Source: Laetmonice hystrix (lineage: Eukaryota). From it: a DNA stretch of 64,000 bases. A program made the translations under genes and the position numbers. Every line of letters begins with the position of its first letter. Position 1 is the stretch's first letter. Below are positions 1 through 23,477 of this stretch, one piece after another. The DNA is taken from contig OZ249446.1 in the NCBI GenBank assembly GCA_965235115.1, forward strand, positions 20,708,001-20,772,000. Reading direction: 5' to 3'. Below the pieces are notes generated by a model. The model saw only the letters and a list, made by a program, of their open reading frames with translations, did no database searches and was not told where the DNA came from.

Positions 1-446
1 GAAGAAATAGGCCTAAATGAAATAAAACAACTATTTACGCTCATAATATAAATTTCTCTACCCTAACTTGAAATGGATTTAGTTTAATTGAAGAAAGCTC
101 TGACTAGATTACCTAAAAAAATGATAGTACGGAGAGGGTACTAGCAAATGCATGTAATACTGACAAACAAGCAGAATGTCGTTAGTACATTTAGAGGTAA
201 GGAAGAGGTAATATGAGAAAAGCTATTTGTGAAAGGTATTTGAAAAAGATAAGGTCCGCTGTTATAGCAAAGAACGGATATAAATTTAAGTGTTTGGTGA
301 AATAGGGTGAATACTTCGCCAACTGACTTCTGTTAGGGTGGCACTTTAGGAGGGTTCACGTAACTTACAGCATAAATATCGAGTTACCTTGACCAGTTAG
401 CGGATACTATTTGTCATAGCTTGATTATAAAATCTGTCATGTAAAG

Positions 447-10822
<10,376 letters not shown>

Positions 10823-11413
10823 ACGACCCATACATCAAGCGTTGCCAGAGGCAGCGCCCAGACCAACATGGCGTTCGAGAAGTCACAGTACTGATATAAC
10901 TGTTACGCCTACTAGCTGTGGACGGATTCAAGGGGGCCGGAACCTCTGCCTCCCAGGCCTGGCATGGACTACTCTCTTCAAAGACGTCAGAGTCAACAGA
11001 GAGTTGCCTAAAAGTAGATTTGTTATGAGGCCTAAAGGGAGTAGTTTCAAAAAAGAATGCACTACGAATATGAACATGAAACCGAGTAATATACCAGCAA
11101 GGTTTCGTTTATAGGCCTACCATATTTTTGTAAAAGATTACATTTTTGAAAAAGAAAAGAAAGGGAGCGGGCTACTTGATCTTTGACCATGGTAATATAA
11201 TGATACTATAATGACTGGGGATACGCAATGCTAAACACCATTTCAAAAGAAAAATACAGTCTACGCCAGTGCCAGGATTACCTTAACAGTCAATGTTCGG
11301 TAGAAATAATGTGTAGCTCTATCTAGGAAAATATGGATTCCGTCTCATTTCGGAAGATGTGTGTAGGGGGGAGGGTCCATTGTCCTGCTCGACCACCAAA
11401 GCTCCTTTTTTAG

Positions 11414-11530
11414 GGGAGTGGCGGTGGCCGAGTGGGCATGGGTGTCGACACCTTATGCTATGCGGATGGGTGCAGTAATCATGGGGCCGGGGTTCGATTC
11501 CTGTAGAGGACTATACAACTTTTCTCTTTA
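11414..11530 (+). mobile_element. tRNA-derived SINE head (pol III A and B boxes)
   Basis: A box TGGCCGAGTGG 11425-11435 and B box GGTTCGATTCC 11491-11501; no cloverleaf acceptor stem. Confidence 0.6.
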
Positions 11531-11575
11531 GGGACATTGTCAAAGTAATTGGGTTACCCCTGATGCCCGTGCATT

Positions 11576-11770
11576 TCAAAAGAAAAATACACTCTCTAAC
11601 TTACATCTCGAGCGATTCTGAGTTTGGCCGCATAGTCGGATTGACGCGTTACGGGTTGCCGTCATCGTTGCCGTCTCCATGTGTAGGCTACACACTGACT
11701 GGATTTTAGTGTTAGCGATTTTTTCCCGTTGTCGCATTGTCATATTATCGTTGCCGTTGCCGTTCACTTT
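11576..11770 (-). mobile_element. Fragment of a DNA-transposon-like repeat with (ACGGCA)n motifs
   Basis: Minus strand reads AACGGCAACGGCAACGAT and GACGGCAACGATGACGGCAAC; family assignment is from recalled resemblance only. Confidence 0.35.
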
Positions 11771-12136
11771 TTCAAAAAATGGTTTTCCTGGTACTTACAA
11801 GGTCTTATCACACCAGTGTATGCAAGTCACATGACTATTTTGTGCGTTGTGATTGGTGCTGTGGTTATGACAGTCCATCACGTTGACAATACTGTATTAT
11901 GATGTCATTTCAACCTCTTTTTGGGGGATAGTCTAAAGTGACTTACGAGGATTTATCAGAACGCCGACGATATGTGTGTACATACGTAGCTTTATTCGGT
12001 TAGTACCACTGCTTCCGCTAGGAGGAGTACCGGTTGGTGAGTCTATAACGAATGATGTTACCAGACGGCGATACGACCATAAACACAGACACCTCTCAGG
12101 GAGGACTGTCACTCGGCACACCGTTAGACTGACTGA

Positions 12137-13345
12137 CTGACGTCATGTCTCGGCTGTACGACGGAGGTCGCCATGTTGGGGGTGGTGCATGGCTAGGTCG
12201 GGATCAGTGACCCGGATATAGTCAACAGCAAACTGAAAGTACCACGGTGCCGCCGTGCCGAAAATGGAACACTCCCCACTTAATTAGTAGGGCCGGATCG
12301 AAGGGGGTTGTGGGGGTTGCAATTCCCCCTTAGAAATCCCCCCCCCAAAAAAAAAGAAAAAAAAAAAGGAAAAAAAGAAAGAAAAAAGAAAAGAAAAGGA
12401 AACAAAGGTGTCAAATGTTCGTCCTCCATCCCAGGAACCACAGTGTGAATTTAGAATCTAAAGCGATAAGTAGCCTATAGGCCTACGTTATATATTTAAT
12501 AAAATATTAATTATTTCGGACTTGACGACTGCAACCCCCCCCCCCCTTGAAAAAATCCTGGATCCTGATTAGCCTGTGTCGTACTTAGACCAGAGTTAGA
12601 AGATCTGGTTTGCTCCCAGGTGAAGAAGAGACTGTTTTGCCTATACGGTAGAACATTCGAGAAGGATAGGTTATGTTGAGAAATTAGATTGGAACTATAT
12701 GTGCCTGTGCGTAGGGGGGAATTCCACTATTTACTGCTCATCTCTACATGTATCCGCGATGTCGCTTTACACGACTTTGCGCAAATCCTGGGGAAATGGC
12801 CGCTTCATACATCCGAGGCCTGGTTCGCCTCCGGATATGACCTAGAAACAGCCAATCAGAAGTGCCGAGTTTGAGGACTGTGTGGCACTCGGCTCACCCA
12901 CGATTGACTCCGTCATATCTCGGCTGTACGACGAAGGTCGCCATGCTGGGGGGTATGGTGGGTGGGTGGCTAGGTCGGGACCACTGACCCGGATGTAAAC
13001 AACAAACTCGCGCTCTGCCGCCGTGCCGAAAATGTAGAACTCCCTAGTGTCGGACTTTATACAAAGTCAGAATATCTGGGTTTCCTCCCAGGTGAAGAAG
13101 AGACTGTTTTGTCTCCACGATAGAAAATTCGAGGTATAGGTATGCTGAGAAATTATATTTGAACTAGGCCTATGTGCCTGTGCGTAGGGGTCGACTATTT
13201 ACTCTCTGTGTTCATGTGCGACCGCTTTACACTACTTTGCACGAAAAACGGGAAAATGGCCGCTTCATACATCCGAGGCCTGCTTCGCCTCCGGATATGA
13301 CCTAGAAACAGCCAATCAGAAGCAGCGTCGGTGTTCCGAGTGGAC
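12137..13345. repeat. Diverged tandem duplication of a ~473-bp unit; first copy interrupted by a GC-rich MITE
   Basis: A 12137-12290 matches A' 12903-13045; B 12591-12895 matches B' 13066-13345; CCCAGGTGAAGAAGAGACTG at 12615 and near 13087. Confidence 0.85.
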
Positions 13346-16263
13346 TGTGTGGCTCTTCTGCAGACCTGTTTTAAATTCATGCGATTTAAGATAAGAATGC
13401 CACGTTATCCCTGTAGTCTGATTGCCTATTTGTCTTTTCGACACTTAAATAAAAGTAAGCTACAACATTTATGAAGAGTGGGTAGACACTTTTGTTTCTG
13501 TATGGTCCATGGGAGGTAACTGACATTTAATAATTTTCAGGTCCGCAGCCACGACTTCCGGGCTAGCACGTAGGAAAGGGTCATGTTGTCATATATCTGA
13601 GTTAAGATGCTGTGGAGTGGTTGAGTGCCAAAAATCATAATAAGTCCCTTTGGCAAAGATCCTCTACTAAAAATTCATTTTTATGCTAGAGTTAAATGTA
13701 TTCCACATTAAAAAGGGCCGCCAATAAAAATAATAGAATTTGACCTCGTGTGGCTCGTTTGGATGAGACCAGCCTCTCCACACACACCGAATAAAAATCG
13801 GGTTAATGACGTCACTAAGTTGTAATTACAAGCTCTTCACAATTTGTTATTTTCTGTTACGTTATAATTGATGTCACTCAAAATCAATTGATGCTCCAAC
13901 CCTGTAGTGGACAAACATTTCCATATGTTTGTACGCCGGGGTCTCTTGGTTCAGTACGGCGTTCTTACCTTTAATCATGTAATGCAGTACGTGTCTTACG
14001 TAAAGACAGTCACGAAATACAAAGAATCAGAGTGTGGTAAAAGACTACTAACTCCACATAGGAATGGCGCGTAATTAAAAAAACACAAACAAGGAATGGA
14101 CATTTAGGGTTATCCAATTGGCATCGTTACAAAACGTTGCGTCGGGAATAGCGTTGTGCACCTCAAGTGCAGGCACTGAAAGAAGCCAGTCTTATTACCG
14201 CCAAGGAACCGTTTATTGGCGCAATTAATGTGTCGTTCACAACGCTCGTACTGCATGGATGAACTCTGATCGTTTCCCTCTCAAAGACATGAATGCGAAA
14301 ACCGACTTTAATCCATACCTGTGACACCTCCAGCCCTGGATTCCATGCGCCCCATAGTTCAGACTTCCAAGGTATACGGATCCATACCATTCCGCCTAAC
14401 CCGCCCAGATCTTTTGAAACAAGTCTTAGTCATTGCCAAACAACGGTCTTATGAGTGCATACTTTACGGAGCCCGTCTAAAGGCAATAGTTTTACCGTTT
14501 AGACGCCGGTATCTTGCCAAACATTTAGAAACCACAAATAGAGAGGTCACATTATTGATTTGGTACGACCATTCGTGAAGGGACCGTGCTTGAACAGGTT
14601 AAACCCCTCGTAACCATTTCCAAATTGAAAGATCATCCCCAAAATGCAAAACGCCGTAGCAGTCGATCAGAAACGTTTTCCCAGGAACCCTGAAGCAGGA
14701 AATGGATGGGATGGCTTCGTTATCGATTCAAACAGGGTTTACAGCCGACTATGTTGTCGAGGCAAACTGTTTTTTTTATACGAACTGTAAAAATATAGAA
14801 AATAAATAGGATTTTGAATTCCTTCTTTAAAAATACGGTCTTAAAACTAGTTTTTCTTACTGCCACACCATCGTATCCGCTGCATATAATACTACATCTT
14901 TAATATTTACAGGTGGCTTCAAGTTCGCGTTATACGAGTGTTTGAACTTTAATCTAAGTGTGGCTCTATTATGACACCAGGACCAGGATGCCATTGCTGT
15001 TTGCCAGACAACATCAGTCGGTTTTTATTATGGCATTATACATTGTTATCAGAGCCCCCTTGAGTTACGATGGTATGTATACATTAATACCATCAGGAGA
15101 CGTCAGATCAGTGCAACTATAATATCGTTGAAGCGGCACCCATTACAGGGTGCACTGGTCAAAATGGAGACATGAAAAGATGCTAGCTGCGCCCTGTCAA
15201 TGTGCACTCCAGTCTCTAGGGCTTTACAATCGAAGTCTCAGTCGTTTGTTGTCGGCTTAAGATGTAGTAATTCGCAGGTGGCATTGACTAATGTGGTAGC
15301 CTGTGGTGTGTGTTACCTGATACGGTACTGATAGGTGTAGTCTTGTCCACAAACTTATCACATATCAAAGAGATGGCCCGAAGTACTTCCGAACATACCT
15401 AACAGTCGCAGAAAACAAAGATGGTATGGCCGCAAACGGAGGCTGATCTTAAATCATAATATGACCGCGTGGTGCCCTGCACCACGAAGCCCATGCTTCG
15501 CATGTGTGAACGTTTTCTCTCGCACATAATACTTCATACGAATGCAAAAGTTGCAGTTGATATTATCTTATTTCCAAAGCCTATCCGCAAATTGTCCCTT
15601 AAAACAAAAGATAATAGTGCGATCAGTTTAAATTGACCGCTAGGCCTATGGTATCCAATGCTGTCGATATTTAATCCTCTATCAGAGTTGATCATATGTC
15701 TTGATGCTTGAGATGTCCCTGGCTTCAGGTGACCTATACACATTTGTCCTCAGTACGAGGTCAAAATAGTCCTTTTTGTCGTTCAATGCGGCATTATCAC
15801 ACGTTGGACGTGTGGAACATGAGACACAGGGTGTGGCCGGGTGAGCTGTCGGTCATAGTGAGATCTCGCCGCGGCCGTGACACGAGACGTACGCTTTCAC
15901 GGGACAACGCCCTCTCAGATGACGGATCCGAAACATGCGCCTGGTAGCTATAGATCACCGACGGGCATATGAAACATGACATGGTCTGAGAGCCCCATAC
16001 AGGTAAATAAATGTAAGAGGTATTAGCTTGTCCATTACAGTGCCTACGGGATAAATACCCGATGACGAGATCTCCATGGAATCCGGTGGTAAAAACGAAT
16101 ACAATGTTTCTATTCCTAGCACCAACTTACCCCTAACACATCTTCCCGGTCCCCAGTCCTTAAAAAAGATATATCTCTATCCCTATCCCTATCCTTGGCC
16201 GTATCCCTTACTCTACCCATTCCATGGTAATGTTAAAATATATACTTATCACTTACCCCGAGG

Positions 16264-17148
16264 GGGAACTGTCGAGGGAAGCTCCCAGTCCCAGTCCCAC
16301 TACAGACGACCATTATATACCCAGCTGGGGAACTGCCGAGCTCCCGGTCCCGGTCCCACCCCCACTACATATACCCAGCATCACCATGGTGGGGAACTGT
16401 CGAGCTCCGAGTTTTAGTCCCACTACAGGCGGCCATATACCCAGCATTACCATGGTGGGGAACTGTCGAGCTCCGAGTCCCAGTCCCAGTCCCACTACAG
16501 ACGGCCATATACCCAGCATTACCATGGTGGGGAACCGTCGAGCTCCGAGTCCCAGTCCCAGTCCCACTACAGACGGCCATATACCCAGCATTACCGTGGT
16601 GGGGAACTGTCGAGGGGAGCTCCCAGTCCCAGTCCCACTACAGACGGCCATATACCCAGCATTACCATGGTGGGGAACTGTCGAGCTCCGAGTCCCAGTC
16701 CCAGTCCCACTACAGACGGCCATATACCCAGCATTACCATGGTGGGGAACTGTCGAGCTCCGAGTCCCAGTCCCAGTCCCACTACAGACGGCCATATACC
16801 CAGCATTACCATGGTGGGGAACTGTCGAGCTCCGAGTCCCAGTCCCAGTCCCACTACAGACGGCCATATACCCAGCATTACCATGGTGGGGAACTGTCGA
16901 GCTCCGAGTCCCAGTCCCAGTCCCACTACAGGCGGCCATATACGCAGCATTACCATGATGGAGAACTGTCGAGCTCTGAGTCCCAGTCCCAGTCCCACTA
17001 CAGACGGCCATATACCCAGCATTACCATGGTGGGGAACTGTCGAGCTCCGAGTCCCAGTCCCACTACAGACGGCCATATACCCAGCATTACCGTGGTGGG
17101 GAACTGTCGAGCTCCGAGTCCCAGTCCCAGTCCCAGCGGCCATATATA
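16264..17148. repeat. Minisatellite, 72-bp unit (66 bp with two hexamers), ~12 copies
   Basis: 54-bp core ACTACAGACGGCCATATACCCAGCATTACCATGGTGGGGAACTGTCGAGCTCCG plus (AGTCCC)2-3; source of the ORF-track entries at 16224-17206. Confidence 0.95.
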
Positions 17149-19449
17149 CCAATATACGAGCATAAACAAATCATTCTGCCTCGTCTACTCAAAGTGTTGG
17201 GCCTAAATTCAGGGTCCTGTGTCGGGTGGTCTGAAGAAAAACACATCTTATAGTGACACTATTTTATAGTGACACCATTTTATAGTGACACCATTTCTAT
17301 GGATTTATATTATGATCTAAACCAGATCCCATACAAAACTTTATGATTATGGCATCCTGGGAACACTAGTAGGCGCCTGATGCAATGACATCTTTTGCTA
17401 TACTACTTCTGGTCAATACAAAGAATATTTTCTTCAGCTGAGTTTTTCTGTACTCGTACTATTACCATGATATGATTGCTCATCTAAATCACTTAATGTT
17501 ATGCGTACTCAGATATAATTAATTCTGCGTTACAAAACATTTCTGGCAGTAAACGTCGAGTTGATTTTAGAAAAAAAAAAAATCCACAACACTGACATAT
17601 ACGACATGAAGTAGTCTATCATTCGGTTTTTAAAAATGAGTACCACCACTGTCCGTATCCCCCATCAACTACTCAGACGTAATCAAATTTCGGCCATATA
17701 TTGGGCCCATCTCCGCGGCAGGGGAACAGTTTTGTCTCGACTTCTATAAATGCATTAACTCCACATGTGTGTTGACTTTTACAATCGATAACATCCAGTC
17801 CCTCCCAACCAACGATTCGCTGCGAAAGCGAATCGAAATAGCATTCATACTTGAATAGTTGATCGATAGTTGTAGGAGTTTTTTCCCCATGACAGACAAA
17901 CGACATTAGCCATTCGGGACAGCACTGTGGCGGCCCATCCTGAACATATATTTACCAAGCGTGCTGTCCTTTGGACGGGAGGCGTTAAATAACTGTGACG
18001 TAATTAGGTTCCCCTGTTGGGTGATTTACATGATCCGTTTAAATTAAACGTGCCGTAAGAATTATACTTCGCAATGGGAACTATACTTGAAAAAAATGAA
18101 GAAGAAAAAAAAGAGACCCACGGCGACGATGACTATCTTGGCCATAATTGCATGACAATAATTATTGAAAAATAGGAAACTTTTCATTGAAACGCCGGGT
18201 TGGCTGTTTGGAAGGAAGCGTGGGATCCCCACCACGACCATGCAGAAAATGCATTTAGAACGCGAGGTAAAACCACAATAACATCGTTTGTGTCGTGTAT
18301 TTACCATTGCTTGTGGGATATCAAGGAAATCTTTGCCCCCCCCCCCACCCCGCTTTAACTATTTCCAGTTCATAGCCATTGCCAGAAATTACTCCCTGAA
18401 TACAAGAGAGATTTTGCTAGTGAAACGACACGTTTTCTAATGAATTTGTGTAAGACATAAAACTATTTCTAAGACATTTTGCTGTTGCTATGACAACGTG
18501 TGAACGCAGGAGCTAAACCCAGCTAGGTGGCAGCACAACACCTTAAACCTTTTTATATCAATAAGGCTGATGGGGGGGGGGGCGGCAAAAAAATCCTGGA
18601 CTCCCCCCTCTAAAATGTTCCTGGATAACCCAGTTTTGTACATGTACATCCAAATTCCTTGACTACAGTTTTGAGAGTTGTTAATTTGATTTTGTTTGAC
18701 GGATTTACCGGATTAAATTGGAAGTCATATACTATTCTGCACACCTACCCGCGAGGAATTATTGGCACGATATTCGGTATTTCATAATTCTATAAGCCCG
18801 TAGAATTAATGTGTTTATAAAACAGTTATGAAAACTAATGTCGGTGGTCTACGAGCTCCTATTTCGCAACTCTCTCTCACAAAAAATGTAAAAGACCATA
18901 AAGCAGTATATTACATATATTCATCCAATAAATAATGATTAATAGATAGACGTCTGAAACTCAAGCGAGCTTAAGTACTTAAGATATTAGTAGAAGCGTT
19001 GGTTGTTCTCTTTAATCCAGCGTTAAGATAAATAATATATGGGTCACCATAATCACACAAAGATAAGCGATGGTATTTCCAAAGTAAATCGGACGTCTCA
19101 AGCTGAGGAGAATCTATAGAAGTTAAGTCTTGCGATCAAAATGCGCCAAATGGAAGTGCGTCATGTTTTCGTTATTTAGTGCCTCTCAGCACAGTTCCTC
19201 AGAACCGACTGAAAACCTCGTTCTTATATATGACCGCAAAGTACATCAAATCAGGGGAGCGGGGAGTACTCACTCATTAGAAATAATTCTGTCATACTCC
19301 AACGTCCTGGAAAAAGGTTGTAGCGATGTCAGTTTGCAGCATGACTCTATTAATAGGCCTACATCCATGTTCTTTATAATAATAACTGCATAAATAACAA
19401 AGAAATGAGGTCCCTTGGCGTCGGCTGCATTTATTTGCCCTTTCTGATA

Positions 19450-21974
19450 TATAGGGAGCGTTTAAGTATGTCGCGTCACAATGCGTGAATCGACGAGAAA
19501 TGCAGTTTGGAAGCCCAAACTGGCGACAGCCAAATTCCGGTTCCGTTCATTTAGCATTGGAAGGCCCATTGAAAAAACGTTCTAACTGATAACTCCACAA
19601 TTACTGTTCTCTTTCTTATCAAACTTATATTGTCAAAAGAAAGGCCGATGTTTGGAGAGGTGTACGCTCGCCCTATGTTAAACCAATGGGGAATTGTGAC
19701 TTAACGGAAGTTGCATGTCGCCAGCGCTCCAACTAGGTCAGACCGAACCTTGTTTTCGGTCGCGAGACTTATGCCCCCTCTCCACTAAGCCGATATCTGA
19801 AGCGATAACAGAGGCGAAAAAGTTCGCTTCTAGAGCGCCTTAGTGGAGATGGTTCTCGGTTGAGGTTCGCCCGGTCGCCTGAAGATCGGTTGAAGATCGC
19901 TTCGCCAACCGATAACATTAAACTGCAAAACCCGTCTCCACTAAGCCGAAATCTGAAGCGATAACAGGAGCGAAAAAGTTCGCTTCTAGATCGCCTGCAT
20001 GAGCCGAACTTCGCCTTAGTGGAGATGGTTCTCGGTTGAGCATCGCCCGATCGCCTGAAGGTCGGTTCACGATCGCTCCGCCAACCGATAACATTAAACT
20101 TGTTTAATGTTCTCGGTTCTGAATCGGCTGATCGGCGCGTTCGCTTCAGTTTCCACTAGGCCTAGTCTTCTCAGCTAAGTGGTGTGTGCAAGGACCTGTA
20201 GGTGTCGCTAAAAGTATGTCACGTGACACAATTCTTCTTTCGGATATTATGACCGAGTGACAAGATGGTTCGAACAGCAAGAAATGTGCAAGGAAAGACG
20301 ATCATTACTGAATATGGAAAGCGTAAAAAAAATAGTCGAAATCGAACTGCAGCATCTGTAGCACATAAAAAAGGAAGAGATGGGCCATCACAGCGGAACC
20401 ATCAAGGGAGGGGCCCGATGTCAGTGCAGTGGCGTAGGCCTACCTACGGGGTAGCGCCGACAATAGTTGTGAAGTACAACTCCAGCGAGGATCACTTTAT
20501 CCACATTTCTTGATATCATTTCGATTTCGCGCCGAAAAATACTGAATTTTGTTGGACCATTCATATAATCATGGAATGTGGATTGGCGCCAGATCTGACC
20601 CCCCCCCCCATCACTGGCTCTTCCCTCCCCGCCAACATCGACGAAGATAAATTAGATTTTAGATTTTAAAGAAATTTTCTCAAAAATACTTTGATCCAAT
20701 TCATGGGGCCATGCAAAATTTTATTTCTGTACTCCAAATAGTTTTCGAGATATGGCTTTTTAAATTGTTCACCCCTTGGACCCTTTCCAGACCTAAGTTT
20801 CGCTTATTTTTGTGCCGATTTTGAGGACCTATAACAGCACAATTATAAGAGTGAGTATTCCCATATTTTATTAACTTACTGTCCCTGGTAGGTATATGCA
20901 AAATACAAGACAACAGGTTCATCCTGGGAATATTGTTTCTGTACGAGTGGTGCCAAAATTGCGTTTTGGCCAATTTTTACCTAAAATATTTAGCTGTGCA
21001 ACAGGGTTTTTCCCATTTGAAAAGGCATATTTTCTTTAATTCTTTATAGATCTTCACAAAACTTTCAGGGAATGCTTACAGGCCATATTCCTATATAATC
21101 ATAGTCCAAAATGATTCATTTATGCTAAAAATTCCTAGTTCTTTGACCTTAAGCATAGTGATATCCGACTTTTTGGAGGAGATGGATATTTCTGAAAGTT
21201 TAAAGTGCTCTAAAAAAGTTAGTTTTCAATATTTTTATTTCAAATTTGGCACATGGATAGTCTATGGGGAGTTCTTTTAAGAAAATATATTACAAGTTTC
21301 GAACTTGGATTAGATTTTTAATGAAGTCCTATCAAAAATGGTAAAAAAATGAAAAATATGGTATCAGGCCCCACATATGAAAAATTGTCACACAAAAGAG
21401 ATTGAGAGCACAGTCTCCAAACTTTTTTCAAATAATAAGGACATACATATGTACAGTTGACAATAAAATCAGTAATGTGCTAGCTTTCCTTCCAGTCTTT
21501 AATGTATCATGAATACAGCCATTTTTTTGACATTCGCAGGTGGGTCATTCCATGTTGAACCAATGGCAAAAAAGTTGATGTCTCAGAATTTCTTGAAATT
21601 GTAACCACAAATTTGACAGCCATATTTGGCCACCTCTGCAAAATTGCAGCTGGGTAACCCCAGAGTAGTTCCCAGGGGACGCGGCTATTGGGTACACCGA
21701 TAACGATAAACGATAATGTTCGCGGCGGGCAGTGGAGACGCCTTTCGGTTCAGTATCGTTCGTTCGCTTCACCAAGCGATTTCTATCTTTCCGATTTATC
21801 GGATGATCGCCTTAGTGGAGCAGGCAGTGGAGACCCCTTTCGGTTCAATATCGTTCGTTCGCTTCACCCAAGCGATTTCCATCCGATGACAGCAAAGATC
21901 GGTTTGTCGCTTTATCGGATGATCGCCTTAGTGGAGAGCCTACATTAGTGGAGAGCCTACATTACGCTCCCTAT

Positions 21975-21975
<1 letters not shown>
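19450..21975. mobile_element. Nested composite of non-autonomous DNA elements
   Basis: Outer 12-bp inverted repeat TATAGGGAGCGT / ACGCTCCCTATA; inner inverted pair CTCTCCACTAAG (19778) / CTTAGTGGAGAG (21927) with tandem subterminal units; small IR element 19520-19724; AT-rich insert ~20650-21540. Confidence 0.65.
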
Positions 21976-22037
<62 letters not shown>

Positions 22038-22176
22038 AAGACAGAGACTGGCAGAGAAAGACAGAGCGAGTCAGTGACAAACAGAGACTGACAGAGAGAG
22101 ACAGAGAGAGACAGAGAGAGACAGAGAGAGACAGAGAGAGACAGAGAGAGACAGAGAGAGACAGAGAGACAGACAT
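21976..22176. repeat. (GA)n / (GACAGAGAGA)n microsatellite
   Basis: Directly visible; abuts the right end of the composite element. Confidence 0.95.
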
Positions 22177-23061
22177 AGCTTGGATTAGGACTATAGATTT
22201 CTCTGTGGCGATCAAGACCGACATCACGTGGAAAATATCACAATTATTGCATTTTTTTCGTAAATTCGCTTCGATGCATGTAAAGTCACATTGCAACAAA
22301 TCCGTCTCAAGCGAATTGCAAGTAAAAATCGCCAAGCTGATCCCGGACTTTAGAGTTACCCGTGCATGGCCCCAGATAAGTCTCCAGTTATTGCCCAGAT
22401 CACGTCAGCAAACATAAGTTGATAATTCATAACCGTTTCTTAAAACATTACTGGTGACAACCCGACACAACAGTCTAAGTTTCAATGACAACAGAAAATT
22501 GATAGATCTCCACTGAATTCGAACGCGCTTATTTTTTCGCCAATGGACACCTAAATATAGCAATAGCTATGATAATGAGACCAATCAGAATTTTTCTTTC
22601 ACAAGATCATCCATAAAATAATACCGTACGTAGAGAAAAGAAACATTCTTATCATGAATGACGGCTATAATTAATAATGTTACCCGTTTCTGCTGATGCT
22701 AGGTAGTGCCATATTGGAATATTTTCAGTAATATTTCATGACAACTTAGCCTCCTCGCTATAGCTAATAAGTGTATTGTTAAAACTACCGGAAATATGGT
22801 CATGATCACTCAACTGCTCGGTATAACGGGGAAATTATTTATTAATTATTCAAAAGGTGCCAATCCAAAAGGTAAGTGACTATAAACTCAAGGGAAAGAT
22901 GAGGAGACAAACAATGGCACCGTTCAGCGGTGTTTCACCAGCGGAAAACACACTGCGGAAAACACAGGTAGGGCCTATTGACGTACATTTCTCAGTTTGC
23001 TTTCCTCATTAGGATTCAAAAGGAGAAAGGGCTTAAAACATAAATAGATATCTCACCACTA

Positions 23062-23477
23062 CGGTGGCCCATAAGGGACATGCATGTGTTATTTGCTATT
23101 TCCAAGGAAATCAAGGTTTTTCAGGGTTTCACTTTTAAATATCGACGATTTCGCTTTCCTTTATGGCGAATAGAGGACAACGAGCTTGAACTAACAATTG
23201 AGAAGACAGAAAACCTTGCGATTAAGACAAAATATTACCTGACGAAATACGAAATATTATGTATGCGAATCCGAGAAACTAAAATGAAAATGCAAGGTAA
23301 TATTTTGTCTTCATCGCAAGGTTTTCTGTCTTCTCAATTGTTATTTCAAGCTCGTTGTCCTCTATTCGCCATAAAGGAAAGCGAAATCGTCGATATTTAA
23401 AGGTGAAACCCCGAAAAACCTATAGTGATTTCCTTGGAAATAGCAAATAACACATGCATGTCCCTTATGGGCCACCG
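23062..23477. mobile_element. Foldback MITE, 416 bp, TA-flanked (Tc1/mariner-type by inference)
   Basis: Arm 23062-23240 is the near-exact reverse complement of 23295-23477 (few substitutions, one 4-nt indel); 54-bp spacer; TA at 23060-61 and 23478-79. Confidence 0.9.

Noticed and set aside
11414-11530. Functional tRNA gene
   Set aside because: A and B boxes are present but no acceptor or anticodon stems can be formed; treated as a SINE head.
16430-16460. 5S rRNA-like start (ACGGCCATA) in the 72-bp unit
   Set aside because: Only about 9 nt match, and there are no internal control boxes or rest of the 5S sequence.
16224-17206. 179-279-aa ORFs on both strands as real genes
   Set aside because: They are translations of the 72-bp repeat; open frames follow from unit length being a multiple of 3, and there is no unique coding flank with splice support.
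21940-22335. Cys-containing 131-aa minus-strand ORF
   Set aside because: More than half is the (CT)n microsatellite; the unique part has no family signature or donor site.
23235-23300. Hammerhead ribozyme core CTGACGA...CGAAA in the foldback loop
   Set aside because: Stem II cannot pair (AATAC) and there is no NUH triplet before the would-be stem I strand.
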